NCBI GenBank assembly: GCA_950097015.1
Contig: CATNEN010000003.1
Coordinates: 3,038,001-3,102,000, forward strand
Direction: 5' to 3'
Origin: Macrostomum hystrix
Lineage: Eukaryota > Animalia > Platyhelminthes
Length of the DNA stretch: 64,000 bases
Below are positions 49,751-62,209 of the stretch, one piece after another (within the stretch, counting starts at the first letter, position 1; every line of letters starts with the position of its first letter). Position numbers and translations under genes: made by a program. The notes beneath the pieces are model-generated. The model did not search any database, was not told where the DNA came from, and saw only the letters and a program-made list of their open reading frames with translations.

Positions 49751-50444
49751 TATATGAGACCTAAACTGCTCATTATACCATTTATTCATTTTTAGAAATT
49801 TCTCAAAAAAGTCGCCAATATTTATTCTAATGGAATCAAAAAGGTTGCTTAAACTGCCGCGCTTTCTGCAGCCACTGCTACTCAGTTTGTTTGGAGTAAT
49901 GAGTTTCATTTTAACAAATTATTGTCTGGGTAAGTAGATTTTCGTTTCTAAGTTTGTACTTATTGAAACTTGAAATTTGTTAAAATTCGTTCGTAAGCGT
50001 ACGTAAAAAATCTGAAGTTTAGCTAGAATTGGATAAGAAATGGTAAGTGTACATGCAGAATCAATTAAATAATTGTAGCCAGAAAACTGAACAATTCTAG
50101 AATCTAAGCAGGAAACTCACGAGTAATCGATGCAGGAAACGCGCGTCTAGAATAATTCGGTTAATCGCTAACAAATCTACTTTCTGATGGAACAAACGCT
50201 GATTAAGCTGCAGTCTCCGAATCAATTACAACAATTGCGATCGCTTTATACAGGCGTATAGATGCTAAACATTTTTCCTTAACTGGAGTCGACATTCTAA
50301 ATGGGAAGCGTGTTAAAATGCTGATTAAAATTAAAAATAGTACAACTTCTATTAGAAACTGCGCATTGTTTTTAACATGAGGCAAAATTTCAAATGCCAC
50401 TTCACTGAATGTTATACTGGCACTTATTGGCGGTCTCAACAACC

Positions 50445-51012
50445 CGTGTCATCTCTACCCTGCCTCATCTCTCCCCTGTCTCATCTCTCCCGTGTCTCAT
50501 CTCTCCCATGTCTCATCTCAACCCTGCCTCATCTCTCCCATGTCTCATCTCTCCCGTGTCTCATCTCTCCCGTGTCTCATCTCTCCCATGTCTCATCTCT
50601 CCCATGTCTCATCTCAACCCTGCCCCATCTCTCCCATGTCTCATCTCAACCCTGCCCCATCTCTCCCATGTCTCATCTCTCCCATGTCTCATCTCTCCTG
50701 TCTCATCTCAACCCTGCCTCATCTCTCCCATGTCTCATATCTCCCATGTCTCATCTCTCCTCAGTCTCGTCTCTCCCGTGTCTTATCTCCGCTGTCTCAT
50801 CTCTCCTCAGTCTCGTCTCTCCCGTGTCTCATATCTCCCATGTCTCATCTCTCCCATGTCTCATCTCTCCTCAGTCTCGTCTCTCCCATGTCTCATCTCT
50901 CCATGTCTCATCTCTCCTATGTCTCATCTCTCCTATGTCTCATCTCTCCTATGTCTCATCTCTCCTATGTCTCATCTCTCCCATGTCTCATCTCAACCCT
51001 GCCTCATCTCTA
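50445..51012. repeat. 16-bp minisatellite (TGTCTCATCTCTCCCA)n
   Basis: Directly visible; explains three overlapping spurious ORFs. Confidence 0.95.
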
Positions 51013-51746
51013 CTACGTCTATCTATGTCAATTGGTTATCAATATACTTCCAATATATCGCTTTAAAGTAAGGAAGCGAGAGGAAGAAGTCTAGTTTTGT
51101 GTTTATTATTTTCAATAATTGCAGTTTAGGATAAAATTCTCCATTCTAAATATTAAATCGTAACAATTTGTTAATGACTATAAGTTTCGTTAATTTATGA
51201 TTATTGCGAGGTAATAAGTGTGCAGTAATAAACACCATTAACCGGTTAACATAATAATAACAAGTTCCTTAAATATTTGGTTTTAAGTAATCATTGTCGT
51301 GTCAGTTATTTATGCTTCTGGTGGCTGCAACTCACCTGTCGTGCATCTGTTAATTTATTGACCGATTTATAATATTTGCGAGGTTAGAATAGGAGGCCGC
51401 ATCCAGAAATATGATGTAGCTAGTTTAACCTGTTCTGAGGTGACGTCTTCTTTCGGAATGTTCTAGATCTGGTGCCACAGCCATATATTGCTACTCGTCA
51501 CCTTTATTTTAGTTCCTTTCTGCTTGGGCTCTATTGGCTTCATGTGCAAAAAGCCACATCGGCACGAATTTTTTTGTTGCGAATAAAGCTCAGTTAAACA
51601 ATCTTGGCACCAATTTAAGTATATATTTTTTTCTAGCTATTTGGCCTCTCTACGAATGGCACAAACATAATTCCCTTTACTGGTAACTGACAGACAAACT
51701 ATCGTTTTATTTTATGCTTCTTCTCTCCCCCCACAAGAGTGAACTA

Positions 51747-51876
51747 GTGCCCCCCAGCAACTGAGAACTAATGCCCCCCAGCAACTGAGAACTAATGCTC
51801 CCCAGCAACTGAGAACTAATTAATGCCCCCTAGCAACTGAGAACTAATTAATGCTCCCTAGCAACTGAGAACTAAT
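51747..51876. repeat. Short ~22-26-bp tandem repeat (CCCCCAGCAACTGAGAACTAATG)n
   Basis: Five visible units. Confidence 0.85.
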
Positions 51877-53452
51877 TTAAATTATAATCTCTAGCCAGCT
51901 ACTTCACATTTCTAATCACTCTTTCAACTTGTATTCTATTAAACCTTATATTAAAATTTTAATATATTAACCTAATATTGTTAAGAGCAATGAGCACAGA
52001 CTCCAATACATCCACCCCAACACAGCAATCTACTGCAAGTATTGTGGAACTGGTTCAGCATCAGACTTGTAAACTACTGTATCAATGGCTTACAATTCAA
52101 GTCATAGAAAACAGCAATTGTGATGTATCTCCTCAAACGTGCTGTTCTCAAAGCTGGAGAATGTCCACCTCGTATCAACGTGAGATTCCGACACATTATC
52201 AGCCCCCATAGAGTTGATATGGAAATCATAAACACTGCAGATACAGGATTTACTAGTCAAGCATCACCTCCCTAAGGATAGAGCGCAATTGTTTTTACTT
52301 GGTCGCCTAGTTGAATCCGTCCAGGAATGGAAATACCTGGGATTCCACGTGAACACAAAGGGAACAGTGGACTCTCATGCTAAAGAGCTTAATTGCAAGT
52401 GTGGATATCCAATAATGCTTCTTAGAAAATTATCTTGGTTTCGACGAGCGGTTAAACTCAAACAAATTATACAATTTTGCCATGATAGAAAGCACTGTGA
52501 GTGTGCTATATGCCTCAGAGGCCTGGGGAGCCTTCATGCATTGGAACTATTGACAATGGGACAGAAGTCTAATTAAAAGGATAAATTTTAGGAATTGTAA
52601 TCCCGCGTGACAATTTTGCGTAAAGTTACGAAAAAAATACGAATTTTTTTTTAACCTATTTTGCCAATATGATACGTATGTTTACGTACCATATTCATCA
52701 TTTTTCACGTGAATGTTACGAATCGTTTTTGGTAACTTTTACGTACCATTTATACGTGAAACTATTTTCGTAAATTTACATATAAACCCTGTGAACCCTG
52801 TTCCATCCTGGGTTACAGCCGGTGGGCCATCAATCACCCAGAGGTGTCACATCACGGAGCTTTTTATTCCCACTTTTTCCCTTGATAGAAATGCGACAAA
52901 AATAAATAAGTAAGACAAAGCATTGACAACGACCTGATATAGCTATTTTCGAGATTTTAGACTTTCAAGATTTTTAGACTGCTGATCTCATGATTATTTG
53001 GTACAAAATTATATTGCTTTATTTATTTAGACAACGCTATATTTATTTCTGAACTATTTAAATTGAGAATTATTTGAAAACAGGATCATTTACTTACAAA
53101 GTTACAATTGTAAACTACTATTTTCAGCAGGATCATCATTGCGATAAGCCGAGCTGCCAGCTGTACAGGAAGTAGGAATTTGAGCCAGCAAAATATTAAT
53201 ACTTAAGTAAATAATTAGCATAATGATGGCAACAACTTTTACGGTATGAAATGAAAAAGAGTTCAAACAGAACTACATAAAGTGGAAATGAGAGAACTGA
53301 ACATAGATACGTAGAAACTGAATGTAGAGAAGCAAGTAGTACTACCTTTTAGTAAACTAGTTTACTAGTAAAATGCTACACCCAGATTTATCTCATCTGG
53401 CTCTAATTAGTTAGGCAGTTTAGACTGAATGAAGAGCCGGACTAAAACCGGA

Positions 53453-53560
53453 CACAAGACAGACAGAACAGACACACAGACAGACAGACAGACAGAGGGA
53501 CAGACACAGATACATGCAGACAGACAGAAAGACAGAGACAGAGACAGATACATGCAGACA
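53453..53560. repeat. GACA-rich microsatellite downstream of EnSpm ORF2
   Basis: Directly visible. Confidence 0.8.
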
Positions 53561-53631
53561 GTCAAGAGGGCCAGAGAGGAACAACAACAGAGGCACAGCT
53601 GTGCACAGTCAGTACAGTCAATATAGAGCAG

Positions 53632-55152
53632 TCAGTCTTCCTCCTCTATTTCTCCTTCACTGCTTGTATTAGAGTCAGCGACAAAAGACTGGTCATCCTG
53701 CTGGTCAGCCTGGTCAACCTGCTCATCCTGCTGGTTGCCTTCCTGTCGATTCTGGTGTCGTCTGGCCTCGCTTGGCATGCTCTTCAGCGCGTCGCCCAGC
53801 TTTCTGAGGACGTTCTTGTGAAGTTTAACCTCGTTAATCTGACCTCCGGGGCTTTGCAGCTTAATTGCTTTTACAAGCAGTTCAACGATTCCAATGTCCT
53901 TTGCACACCGCTTCTTTCTTTTTCCATCTCGGCTGTACTTGCTCCAAACGGAAGCAGGGGCCACTTCCAGGAGCATATGATGTAGTGTAGAAACAAATGA
54001 TGGGCGTCGCACCTCAACCATGCGCTGGACGATGCTGACTGCCGCGCTCTTGTCAGCAAGTACTGCTTCTAGATCTTCACGAGAGTTAGCGCGCTTGAAC
54101 GCTGGCACCCTTGGAAGCTCATCATTGACTTCCTGTCTATGGGCAGCCTGACCTGAACGCATCGACTGCATAATTTTGTCCTGATTGCTTAACACTGTGG
54201 CCAGCAAGTCCATCATCAACTCGTCGCGCACAGCTGACCTGCCACAACTGGCACAGTTGCCTGCATTGCGTGCAGCACGTTCGCCACCAGCATTGTCGTC
54301 GCACAGCTGCCGCGGAGTATTGGATCTGCTCCCTTCATTGACAGCACGTTCGCCACCAGCATTGTCCTCGCGCAGCTGCCGCGGAGTATTGGATCTGCTC
54401 CCTTCATTGACAGCACGTTCGCCACCAGCATTGTCCTCGCGCAGCTGCCGCGGAGTATTGGATCTGCTCCCTTCATTGACAGCACGTTCGCCACCAGCAT
54501 TGTCGTCGCGCAGCTGCCGCGGAGTATTGGATCTGCTCCCTTCATTGACAGCACGTTCGCCACCAGCATTGTCGTCGCGCAGCTGCCGCGGAGTATTGGA
54601 TCTGCTCCCTTCATTGACAGCACGTTCGCCACCAGCATTGTCCTCGCGCAGGTGCGGAGCACTACAAGCTGATTTGATTTGCTGGGACTGCGCTTTAGTA
54701 GTAGTCTTTTGTAGGTAGTCAGGTACTGCTGGAGGAGGTACCTTTTTCACTGTTGACTCGCCTGGCTCCTGAGCTGAAAGCTTCGCTGGAGGTGCATTCT
54801 CCGCTTCTGAGCTTGAAGAAACTTGAGCAGCTATGTTAGTTCGCTTGCCAACACAAACACGTGTTTTGCAGACTTTGACCATCGAGCGAGCTGATTTGTT
54901 CTTGTCTCTCTGAATGCATCTCAGACGATCCACTGTCTGGGAAACATCCTCTCTGTCGTCCACAACTACCTGTAGAAGGACGGCGTCATAAGCTTGGTCT
55001 TGGTAAGAGCATTTGAGTTGAACAAGTGCAACTGGGTCAATTTTTCTCCACTGATCCAACTGGTAGTTGGAATACGGCGCCTCGAATTTGCAAGCAGAGG
55101 CAGGGGCCTCAATTATTTGTTTGTCATCCTTAAAGCATATGATGAACTTCAT
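53632..55152 (-). CDS. Transposon accessory protein (506 aa) with a 23-aa tandem repeat and a DUF4806-like C-terminal domain
   Basis: Long intact ORF inside the TIRs. The C-terminal WSKYSRDGKRKK..KDIGIVELLVKAI resembles the DUF4806 domain common in animal EnSpm second ORFs (inference). 69-bp repeat at ~54270-54650. Confidence 0.75.
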   Translation of the reverse strand: MKFIICFKDDKQIIEAPASACKFEAPYSNYQLDQWRKIDPVALVQLKCSYQDQAYDAVLLQVVVDDREDVSQTVDRLRCIQRDKNKSARSMVKVCKTRVCVGKRTNIAAQVSSSSEAENAPPAKLSAQEPGESTVKKVPPPAVPDYLQKTTTKAQSQQIKSACSAPHLREDNAGGERAVNEGSRSNTPRQLRDDNAGGERAVNEGSRSNTPRQLRDDNAGGERAVNEGSRSNTPRQLREDNAGGERAVNEGSRSNTPRQLREDNAGGERAVNEGSRSNTPRQLCDDNAGGERAARNAGNCASCGRSAVRDELMMDLLATVLSNQDKIMQSMRSGQAAHRQEVNDELPRVPAFKRANSREDLEAVLADKSAAVSIVQRMVEVRRPSFVSTLHHMLLEVAPASVWSKYSRDGKRKKRCAKDIGIVELLVKAIKLQSPGGQINEVKLHKNVLRKLGDALKSMPSEARRHQNRQEGNQQDEQVDQADQQDDQSFVADSNTSSEGEIEEED

Positions 55153-55545
55153 TGTTGCAACTGAAATTTAAATGTGAGCATGTTATAAAACAAATAATTT
55201 TCTAGTGGATTATACTAAAGTCATTTTGAGAATTTCAAACCAATCTTAAGCATTTATCTAAGCATCCAAATTAGTCTAAGATTTTCTCTATACTGAATAA
55301 TGTACTAAAGATAATATAAGCATTAATGAGCAGACACAAAAATCAATAAAAACTTGATTCAAAATATTAATTGCACAGAATCCCAACTTGTCAATTGATT
55401 TTATTGATATTTTTTAACAAAAGAATGACTTTAAACATGAATAAATCTTCAGGCATTTATAAGTGAGCATATGCAACAATAAATAAAAACAGTATTTAAA
55501 ATATCAATCTTGCAGAATCATAACTAGTCCTCCCATGTTATGGAC

Positions 55546-55814
55546 CAGTGTTGCCACCGACTCTTGGCTCACAAAAATTGCATTGGCAATAAAAAATCAC
55601 AGCTACTTTGAAAAAAAAAACATTGTTTTGAGCATGATTCTTACCCCCAGAATCTCAGGATTCTTACCCCCAGAATCTCACTATTCTTACCCCCAGAATC
55701 TCATGATTCTTACCCTCAGAAAAAAAAATCACTGAAATTTGCTGAATATGACAAAAAATCACTCAGCTATTTAAAATTGCCCAGCAATTAAAATTCACTG
55801 GGGTGGCAACACTG
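55546..55814. mobile_element. hAT-type MITE (269 bp) nested between the EnSpm ORFs
   Basis: TIRs CAGTGTTGCCACC / GGTGGCAACACTG; TSD TTATGGAC/TAATGGAC (7 of 8); internal GATTCTTACCCCCAGAATCTCA tandem repeat. Confidence 0.85.
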
Positions 55815-55958
55815 TAATGGACATTTTTATAATTACTATTATTATAATTGCAAAGGATTAGTAGGACTTGAACCATGCAAAGAACAGAAATCAGACAGAG
55901 AGTTCTGGGGTGGTTGAAGAAAATTCATTTTTTCTTCAAATTTCAAACATCCTGAGCT

Positions 55959-58148
55959 CTACAGACGGTAGGTATGAAGCAGGGAAATAAATATGTTTTT
56001 ATAGCGAAGCATCTTGCACTTTAGGTTGCTGAGTGGAATAGCTTTCAGCTGATGTTGAAATCGATCTCCTTTGTAGATGTCCACTGCTTCAGATGAAAGA
56101 GGCGACTCAAATGCTGGGCACTTGTTTGAAAGCTCATTGCCAATCAGATAAAATTGGTCATCTAGAACAGCAATACATCTTAGCATCAGTACTGAATCAG
56201 ACTTAGTTAGCACATAGCGATTCACATTTGAGCAGTCAATAGAAAAAGACTCGAGTTTCAAGCAGCGGTAAAGCCGATCAAAGTCCTTCCATGCAAATCC
56301 AACAACAATTTTGCCTTGTAGTTGGTCAGCCTCGAGTGGCTTTGAGACACAATGCGCTGCATGAGACACACCAGAAGTCTGTAGATGCAGCTTTGCCTGA
56401 CCTAGATGCTGGCCATTTCTTTTAACAAAGTTGCTGAATTGCTCCAATGGTTTCTTAGAGGACTTGATAGAACTCACCACAAACCGCAAAAAGCTTTCAA
56501 ATTGAAAGCAACTAAAGCTGTCGGCAGGACCTCTTGCCTGACAGTCCTCAGCGAGATGGATCAGTGAGTGAACAGTGAGTGTCATAAACCTGGCACCAAA
56601 TTCTGCCTGACAATTATTCAAAAATGACATCACCAAATCATGTGCATAGGCTCCAGCAGTCTGGCAAAGAGTTGGATGGCACAAAATTCGCATTATTACC
56701 GAAAGATAGCGCAGTTGTTCACCTACTTCAGGCCTGTATTTGCTGACAATGAAATGGCCAATATACAAGCCAAAAAATCGCAACTCTGATGCCTTCCACT
56801 TTGACAGCAGGTTTAGACTTTGAGGCCGCCTTTGGAAGTCAATCGTCACATAGTCTCTGGACTCAATTATGTCGGCATTTAATTCACGAAGTCCTTTTTG
56901 AGAGAGTCTCAATGCACTGTCTTTGTCTCGTAACAACTCTAGCATCCTCAGAATCACACCTTGGCAGACCGAATGCATGTAGTCATTTGGAAAATCCATA
57001 ACCGAATCAATAGATGGTAGTGTTGCAATGTGTGAAGTCCCACGATGATGCTCAGCTTGTACTTGGCTTCTAAAATCTTTGTCTGTACGGCGAATTGCAT
57101 CATGCTCCAAGAAACGCCTGCTACCATCTTCACTCTTTCCATCTGTCACACAGCGGTCACATGCAAAGTACCCAGTTGGATACTTGATATTTTTTATGAA
57201 TGCCCTTGCCATTGAGTCACAAGCAATGTGTGAAATCTGAATGATGAAACTTTTCTTGCCAATAATAACTCCATTAGTTAGTAGACTTTCCAATTCTTTC
57301 ACACACTCAGCAAGATAATCATTAGGACAATCAGGCTTGGTGAAACCATGATATATGCCAGCAACAAAAGTTGATGTGTCAACTCCTTTTACTGATACTA
57401 ATATAGGCCAAAATTCCTTCTGAACGCTTTTGTAGATGCAGACACCATCAATATGGAGTATTAAATCCAGTACCTGTCTTTCTTCAAGCTTCAAATTCTG
57501 CAGTATAGACTGTAGTCCAGCCTCAATGCCAAAATGAATGTACTTGCCTGGCATGACAGTCCTAATTTCATGCAACTTCTCATTGTTGTCGGCTAAATCC
57601 GATTCTAAGCTTCTTGCATCACCTGGCAAATGGGGATGATATCGTTGAAGCACCTTCAGTAGCTCTGTCATATTTGACCTAGTGATTTTTGAATTTCTCC
57701 AGTACTCTACCAGATCTGCCTCTAATGAGGCAGCTTGGAATACAGCATCAGCTTCAAAATCTGAAGAGAAACCATAAATGCTCTCTGATGAGGAGTATTG
57801 CCAATGTTGGCCCATGGCCATGAAGTCGCCTCTAGAAGTAGATGACAAGCTATCTGCCAAAGCTTGCTCTGCACTTTGGTTGTAATTGTTCTTCTGAACT
57901 GGTAGTGGCAAGGAACTTGGACATGAACTGGCATCTGAGTCTAGTGATGATTCATGGTTTTTAGCTTCATGCTCATGATCTAAATTGCTGCTCAATGTAT
58001 CTGATGAAAAACCACTGGGTGATGATGGTGAACTGCCAAAAAAAGGTGGCTTGCCTGCAGCTTTGTCTGTTGTTTGTGTCATAAATTGACAATTTGATAT
58101 TGAGGAGTCTGATATATGCCAGTCCTCAGGATCATCATCCATTTCCAT
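55959..58148 (-). CDS. EnSpm/CACTA-family DDE transposase (729 aa)
   Basis: Motifs HIDG..IYKS...FWPIL, GIYHG..KP, CDSMARAF.K, TGYFACDRC, FPNDYMHSVCQGV, WKASELR.F.LY, VHSLIHL, GP...SCFQFES are characteristic of animal EnSpm-like transposases; uninterrupted ORF. Confidence 0.9.
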   Translation of the reverse strand: MEMDDDPEDWHISDSSISNCQFMTQTTDKAAGKPPFFGSSPSSPSGFSSDTLSSNLDHEHEAKNHESSLDSDASSCPSSLPLPVQKNNYNQSAEQALADSLSSTSRGDFMAMGQHWQYSSSESIYGFSSDFEADAVFQAASLEADLVEYWRNSKITRSNMTELLKVLQRYHPHLPGDARSLESDLADNNEKLHEIRTVMPGKYIHFGIEAGLQSILQNLKLEERQVLDLILHIDGVCIYKSVQKEFWPILVSVKGVDTSTFVAGIYHGFTKPDCPNDYLAECVKELESLLTNGVIIGKKSFIIQISHIACDSMARAFIKNIKYPTGYFACDRCVTDGKSEDGSRRFLEHDAIRRTDKDFRSQVQAEHHRGTSHIATLPSIDSVMDFPNDYMHSVCQGVILRMLELLRDKDSALRLSQKGLRELNADIIESRDYVTIDFQRRPQSLNLLSKWKASELRFFGLYIGHFIVSKYRPEVGEQLRYLSVIMRILCHPTLCQTAGAYAHDLVMSFLNNCQAEFGARFMTLTVHSLIHLAEDCQARGPADSFSCFQFESFLRFVVSSIKSSKKPLEQFSNFVKRNGQHLGQAKLHLQTSGVSHAAHCVSKPLEADQLQGKIVVGFAWKDFDRLYRCLKLESFSIDCSNVNRYVLTKSDSVLMLRCIAVLDDQFYLIGNELSNKCPAFESPLSSEAVDIYKGDRFQHQLKAIPLSNLKCKMLRYKNIFISLLHTYRL

Positions 58149-61100
58149 GACTGCGTAGCTGCAAATTGATAAAATGCAATATATATTATATATATATTTA
58201 GTATTACTTAGGTACTTAGGTATATTAAGTATTACTTAGCTTGATATTAGTACAAAAGTCTTAAATAACTTTACAAAACTTTAACTTTCAAATTGTAACC
58301 AAGCCTAGAAGCACATAAATATCAAAAAATTGCAAACTATTTGATCTTAAAAATTAGAAAATGAATTTGGGATGAATAAGTTAATTTATACAAATATAAA
58401 AAAAATGCTATACACATATATGACAATATGTTGTATATATATAATATATAATAACACTGACAAACCTAATAAAACACCCAAAACAGTTGAGTCAGTTAAG
58501 GAGGTGGTCGCAGCTGAAAATTTAAATTAACATGAGGAACACGGAACACATGCTATAACAAAAGTTTCTAGACCAATTTTTGGCTTAGATAAAACTTCAA
58601 ATAAAAAGATAAAGTATTGCGCATTAATGTCATTATTGAAATTCTTTTTTAAAAGACATAAAAATATATAATATTTGATACAAAATTACGTTGCTTATTA
58701 TGCTTAATTTTTTTAACTACCGAAGCTTTACTTTTTATCCGACCATGTTTAACATTTTTCGGCAGCCTTAACTTATTTAATAGCATATAAAAAGACGTGT
58801 CATTCCTCGATTAAGTCCTGGTGTTTCTACAAAAGACCAAATTAACCCATTTAAATATAAATGATTCAATTTAAGTACATTCTGTATATATTAAAAATTA
58901 ATAACGTAAAATATCTGAACAAAAAGTACGATTTTTTTAAGTAAAGAAAGTACGAATTTTTTACGATTTGCTTTTCTCAAAAAAATACCATCCATGACAC
59001 TGATATTGTGACTAATAAAATAAATTCCGGTGCCTTTAGGCAACATGTAAGTATTTTAAAAGCATTTTTAAATGAATAGTCCGTGATAAATAGTAATTCG
59101 TTATTTTTTTCGAAAGTTTACGTTTAATTGTGGAAACTAGTTCCGTAAATGGTACGTAACAAAATTACCAAAATTTAATTAATGGTTAGAGCATCAACCA
59201 CATACATGTCAGAAACAATGTATACTTTCTGGTTTATCCCTTCCCATGATTTTCCATTTTAGGTTAGTAAACCCCCCAATTTGCTTCGTAAAATGTTCGT
59301 AAAAATTATTTACCAAAATGTTACGTTCGCCTTACGTGAACTTGCCAAGCGGGAATAAAGCCATTCTCCAAGTAAATCAAAACACTGCATGGAGCCGACC
59401 CAGTTCTTTACAACATACAGAAAAGCAGTGTTCTGTACTGGGCTTCACTCTCTGATCGACAAGACTCTATTATCTCGAAATTGGTAACCGATTTGACTTA
59501 CACTGGCTTCGGTATCAAGCCAAAAATGAACAGCAACGTGATGCAAAACTGTCGCATGAGTACAAAAACTGAATCTATAAATCGATACAAGGTGAACTTT
59601 GAAGCTGAATTCTGGAGAAGAACTGGTAGAGAAATCTGTAAAACTTAGTTATTTATAGTATATGTTTAAGAAAGACTTTATTACGGAAAAATATTTGCGT
59701 TTTTTTGCTCCGAAAGTAGGAGCATCCAATCCAACTTTCTCCTGGGAAATCACAATTAATCATGATATGTGAAACATTGCGGACTGTATAATACACAGAA
59801 CTCCTTACGATGATAGGATTTGCACAAAGTGTCGCTCAGAAGTAGAAAACGAAGTCCATTTTCTCCTAAAGTGTCGCTGGGGTCCAACAGATCAAGCAGG
59901 CAGAAGTACTAGAAACTGAATAGACTTGACTTTACTTGACTTATGGAGAGCTGCGCCGGGCTCTAGTGCTGTGCACACATTGAATAAAAAATATTCGTTC
60001 ACTAAAAACAAATAACTTAAAAAATACTTATGTCCTTATGCCTATTGTATTTAGGGCCGTAAAACAGCTCTGCAGCATGCTTCGGAAAAGTTCTCAACAT
60101 GAGCAAAATAACAGAAATTATGCGATGATACATTAGCATTTAAATTTCTCCGTTTACATCTATCATTGGCAAGAAACTAAAGGCTAAATTTAAGCGCGAT
60201 CGTCTGGTCCCATTGGCCGAAATCATGAGCATCGCCTGTGCTGAGGCTGCGGCCTGCGAGTAACTGCACGGTATTATTTAAATTAAAAAACGTTACATAT
60301 TAACTATAACAAAAAACTAATAATAACTCTAACTTAAAAATGTACTATTAAGATTTTGTTTGTATTCAGGTTCAAAATAATTAACATAGTCTAAAGATAC
60401 ATCGAATACATTTTTTCTAATGAAAGTTCTGTTACAAAAAGCGCGCACAATGGAATTTATAACTTTATTAGAACCAACGAAAATAACTAATCTTCGCTTC
60501 AATTTTCTCTTCACTATGTTATCCTTATATTTATTCACATTGGTTTTACGTATGGTTTCGTCATCTTAAGGCCGTAGGAATGGCCGTAGATGCAAATGTA
60601 CAAGTACATATAACGAAAGGAGATTAAGCACGTTTAATTAGTCAGAAATCGCAATGTGTTCCTTAAAGACTTATTTCCAATACAGTCTGTATATAGTTTA
60701 ATCATGCAAAGCCTTTACTTTTGTTGTTTTAAAAAAGCTTTGCAAGATACGCATTAGAGACATGCATCATATGTTGTATGTGTAGCCCTATGTTTGGCAT
60801 ACAGTTAGATTTTTATCAATGATACTATGATAGTGATTGCAACTTGATGCTTGTTTATTGGCCTTTAAAATAAATTAATTTTTATTGGCCTATATTAATT
60901 TATTTATTTGCCAGAGAGACTATGGCCACTGATTGACACAATTAGAGTTTACAAAGTCGTGTAGAGGTAGCACTCTCAATTTGCTTTGACTTTTTTTCTG
61001 GTGATGATAATAAGTTTTTACCACAGCAAACACAATAGTCAATACACAATCAGGTTGCAACATAGGTATGGGCGTGATTAATTAATGGGAATGGGAAAGG

Positions 61101-62209
61101 GCAGGTGAAAAAGGTGTATCAATTACAGGTGAATAGATGGCAGCAATGGTAGATGAACAAATGGCAGTGATGGCAGGTGAAGAGAGAGTAACAATGGCAG
61201 GTGAACAGATTGTAGTAGTGGCAAATGTACCAAGTGTAGTGTAGTTTTCCTGTAAAGCCATGCTTGTACTTGTATCTCATCTTGGAACTATGTCTGAGTG
61301 CTGGTTGTTGTGATTGATTTTAAGCATAGTTGTTGAATCTGTAGAAGACAAGTTAGCTAGACCCAAATTAATTGCAATAAGATCATTCATTTAACAGTCT
61401 AAGAAATAATCAGCATTCTCCATGCTGTGCAAAGTCCTATTATACCATTACAATTATAAGAGTTTTTGCTTGCTGTTGCATACTTGCATAGCTTTTTAAT
61501 CAGTTAATAAGCCAACCAATAAATAAACCTTTAACTGTCATCATTGTATATGTTGTCTTATATACAAAAAACTCACTGTCATTATCTAGAAGCTAATGAA
61601 AATTGAAATTCATATATTTGTTCTATTATATATACTCATATATGTAACATTATCTTTTATATATATTAAATATTTATAAATAAATAATAATTATATAATG
61701 TAAGTATTTTACTGGTGGTTTATTATTCTAGTAAATTAAACTTTTTTCCTTATTATCTGCATGTATTGCCCTATTCCCTATATTTCCCTTTTTAATATTT
61801 TGAGCACTCCATCTCCACTTATCTCCACAGGTTTAACACTCTTATTGTAGCATCTCATATAGGCACAAGCAGTCTGCTTTCTAGAGCAATTTACCAGTAT
61901 CATGCTTACAGTCACAGATGCTATATTTACTAGATGGGCCACTCAGGCTCATTTGTGTGTCAAATTTGTCATTCTACTTTCTGATCAGTAGCCAGAGTGA
62001 AATAACTTATTGTACTTGCAAAAAAGCCAATCCAAGGTGCATCAGATACAACTGTGGGCTGTACAAAATCAAGTAAAGACAGTATATTCAGACAGCCATT
62101 AAACGAGGCCAATGATGCACATTTGTTCATTCTTTTTATAACTATTCATTTGAACATGATACATTCCACCAAAACCAATTCTTTGATGGCATTGTGAGCC
62201 TATAGTCAA

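Larger units (their letters stand above)
52602..59353 (-). mobile_element. EnSpm/CACTA-like (CMC) DNA transposon, 6752 bp, two ORFs, apparently intact
   Basis: Imperfect TIRs CCCGCGTGACAATTTTGCGTAA / TTACGTGAACTTGCCAAGCGGG; 3-bp TSD AAT (52599-52601, 59354-59356); TTACG/CGTAA sub-terminal repeats; encodes transposase and an accessory ORF. Confidence 0.88.
52280..59900 (+). pseudogene. Decayed CR1/L2-like LINE ORF2 3' region, split by the EnSpm-like element (pieces ~52280-52600 and ~59354-59900)
   Basis: Left piece VESVQEWKYLGFHV (RT thumb YLG motif); right piece RTPYDDRICTKCRSEVENEVHFLLKC (C-terminal CCHC-like motif). Confidence 0.65.

Noticed and set aside
50093-50155. GAAACGCGCGTC followed by TAGAAT with an upstream ATTCTA, like a Schistosoma-type hammerhead 3' half
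   Set aside because: No CUGANGA box after the putative stem I and no stem II.
50377-51094. 200-229-aa ORFs
   Set aside because: Translations of the 16-bp minisatellite.
60329-60570. Possible Penelope/GIY-YIG remnant with a GAAAC hammerhead-like piece
   Set aside because: No recognisable catalytic motif and no complete hammerhead core.
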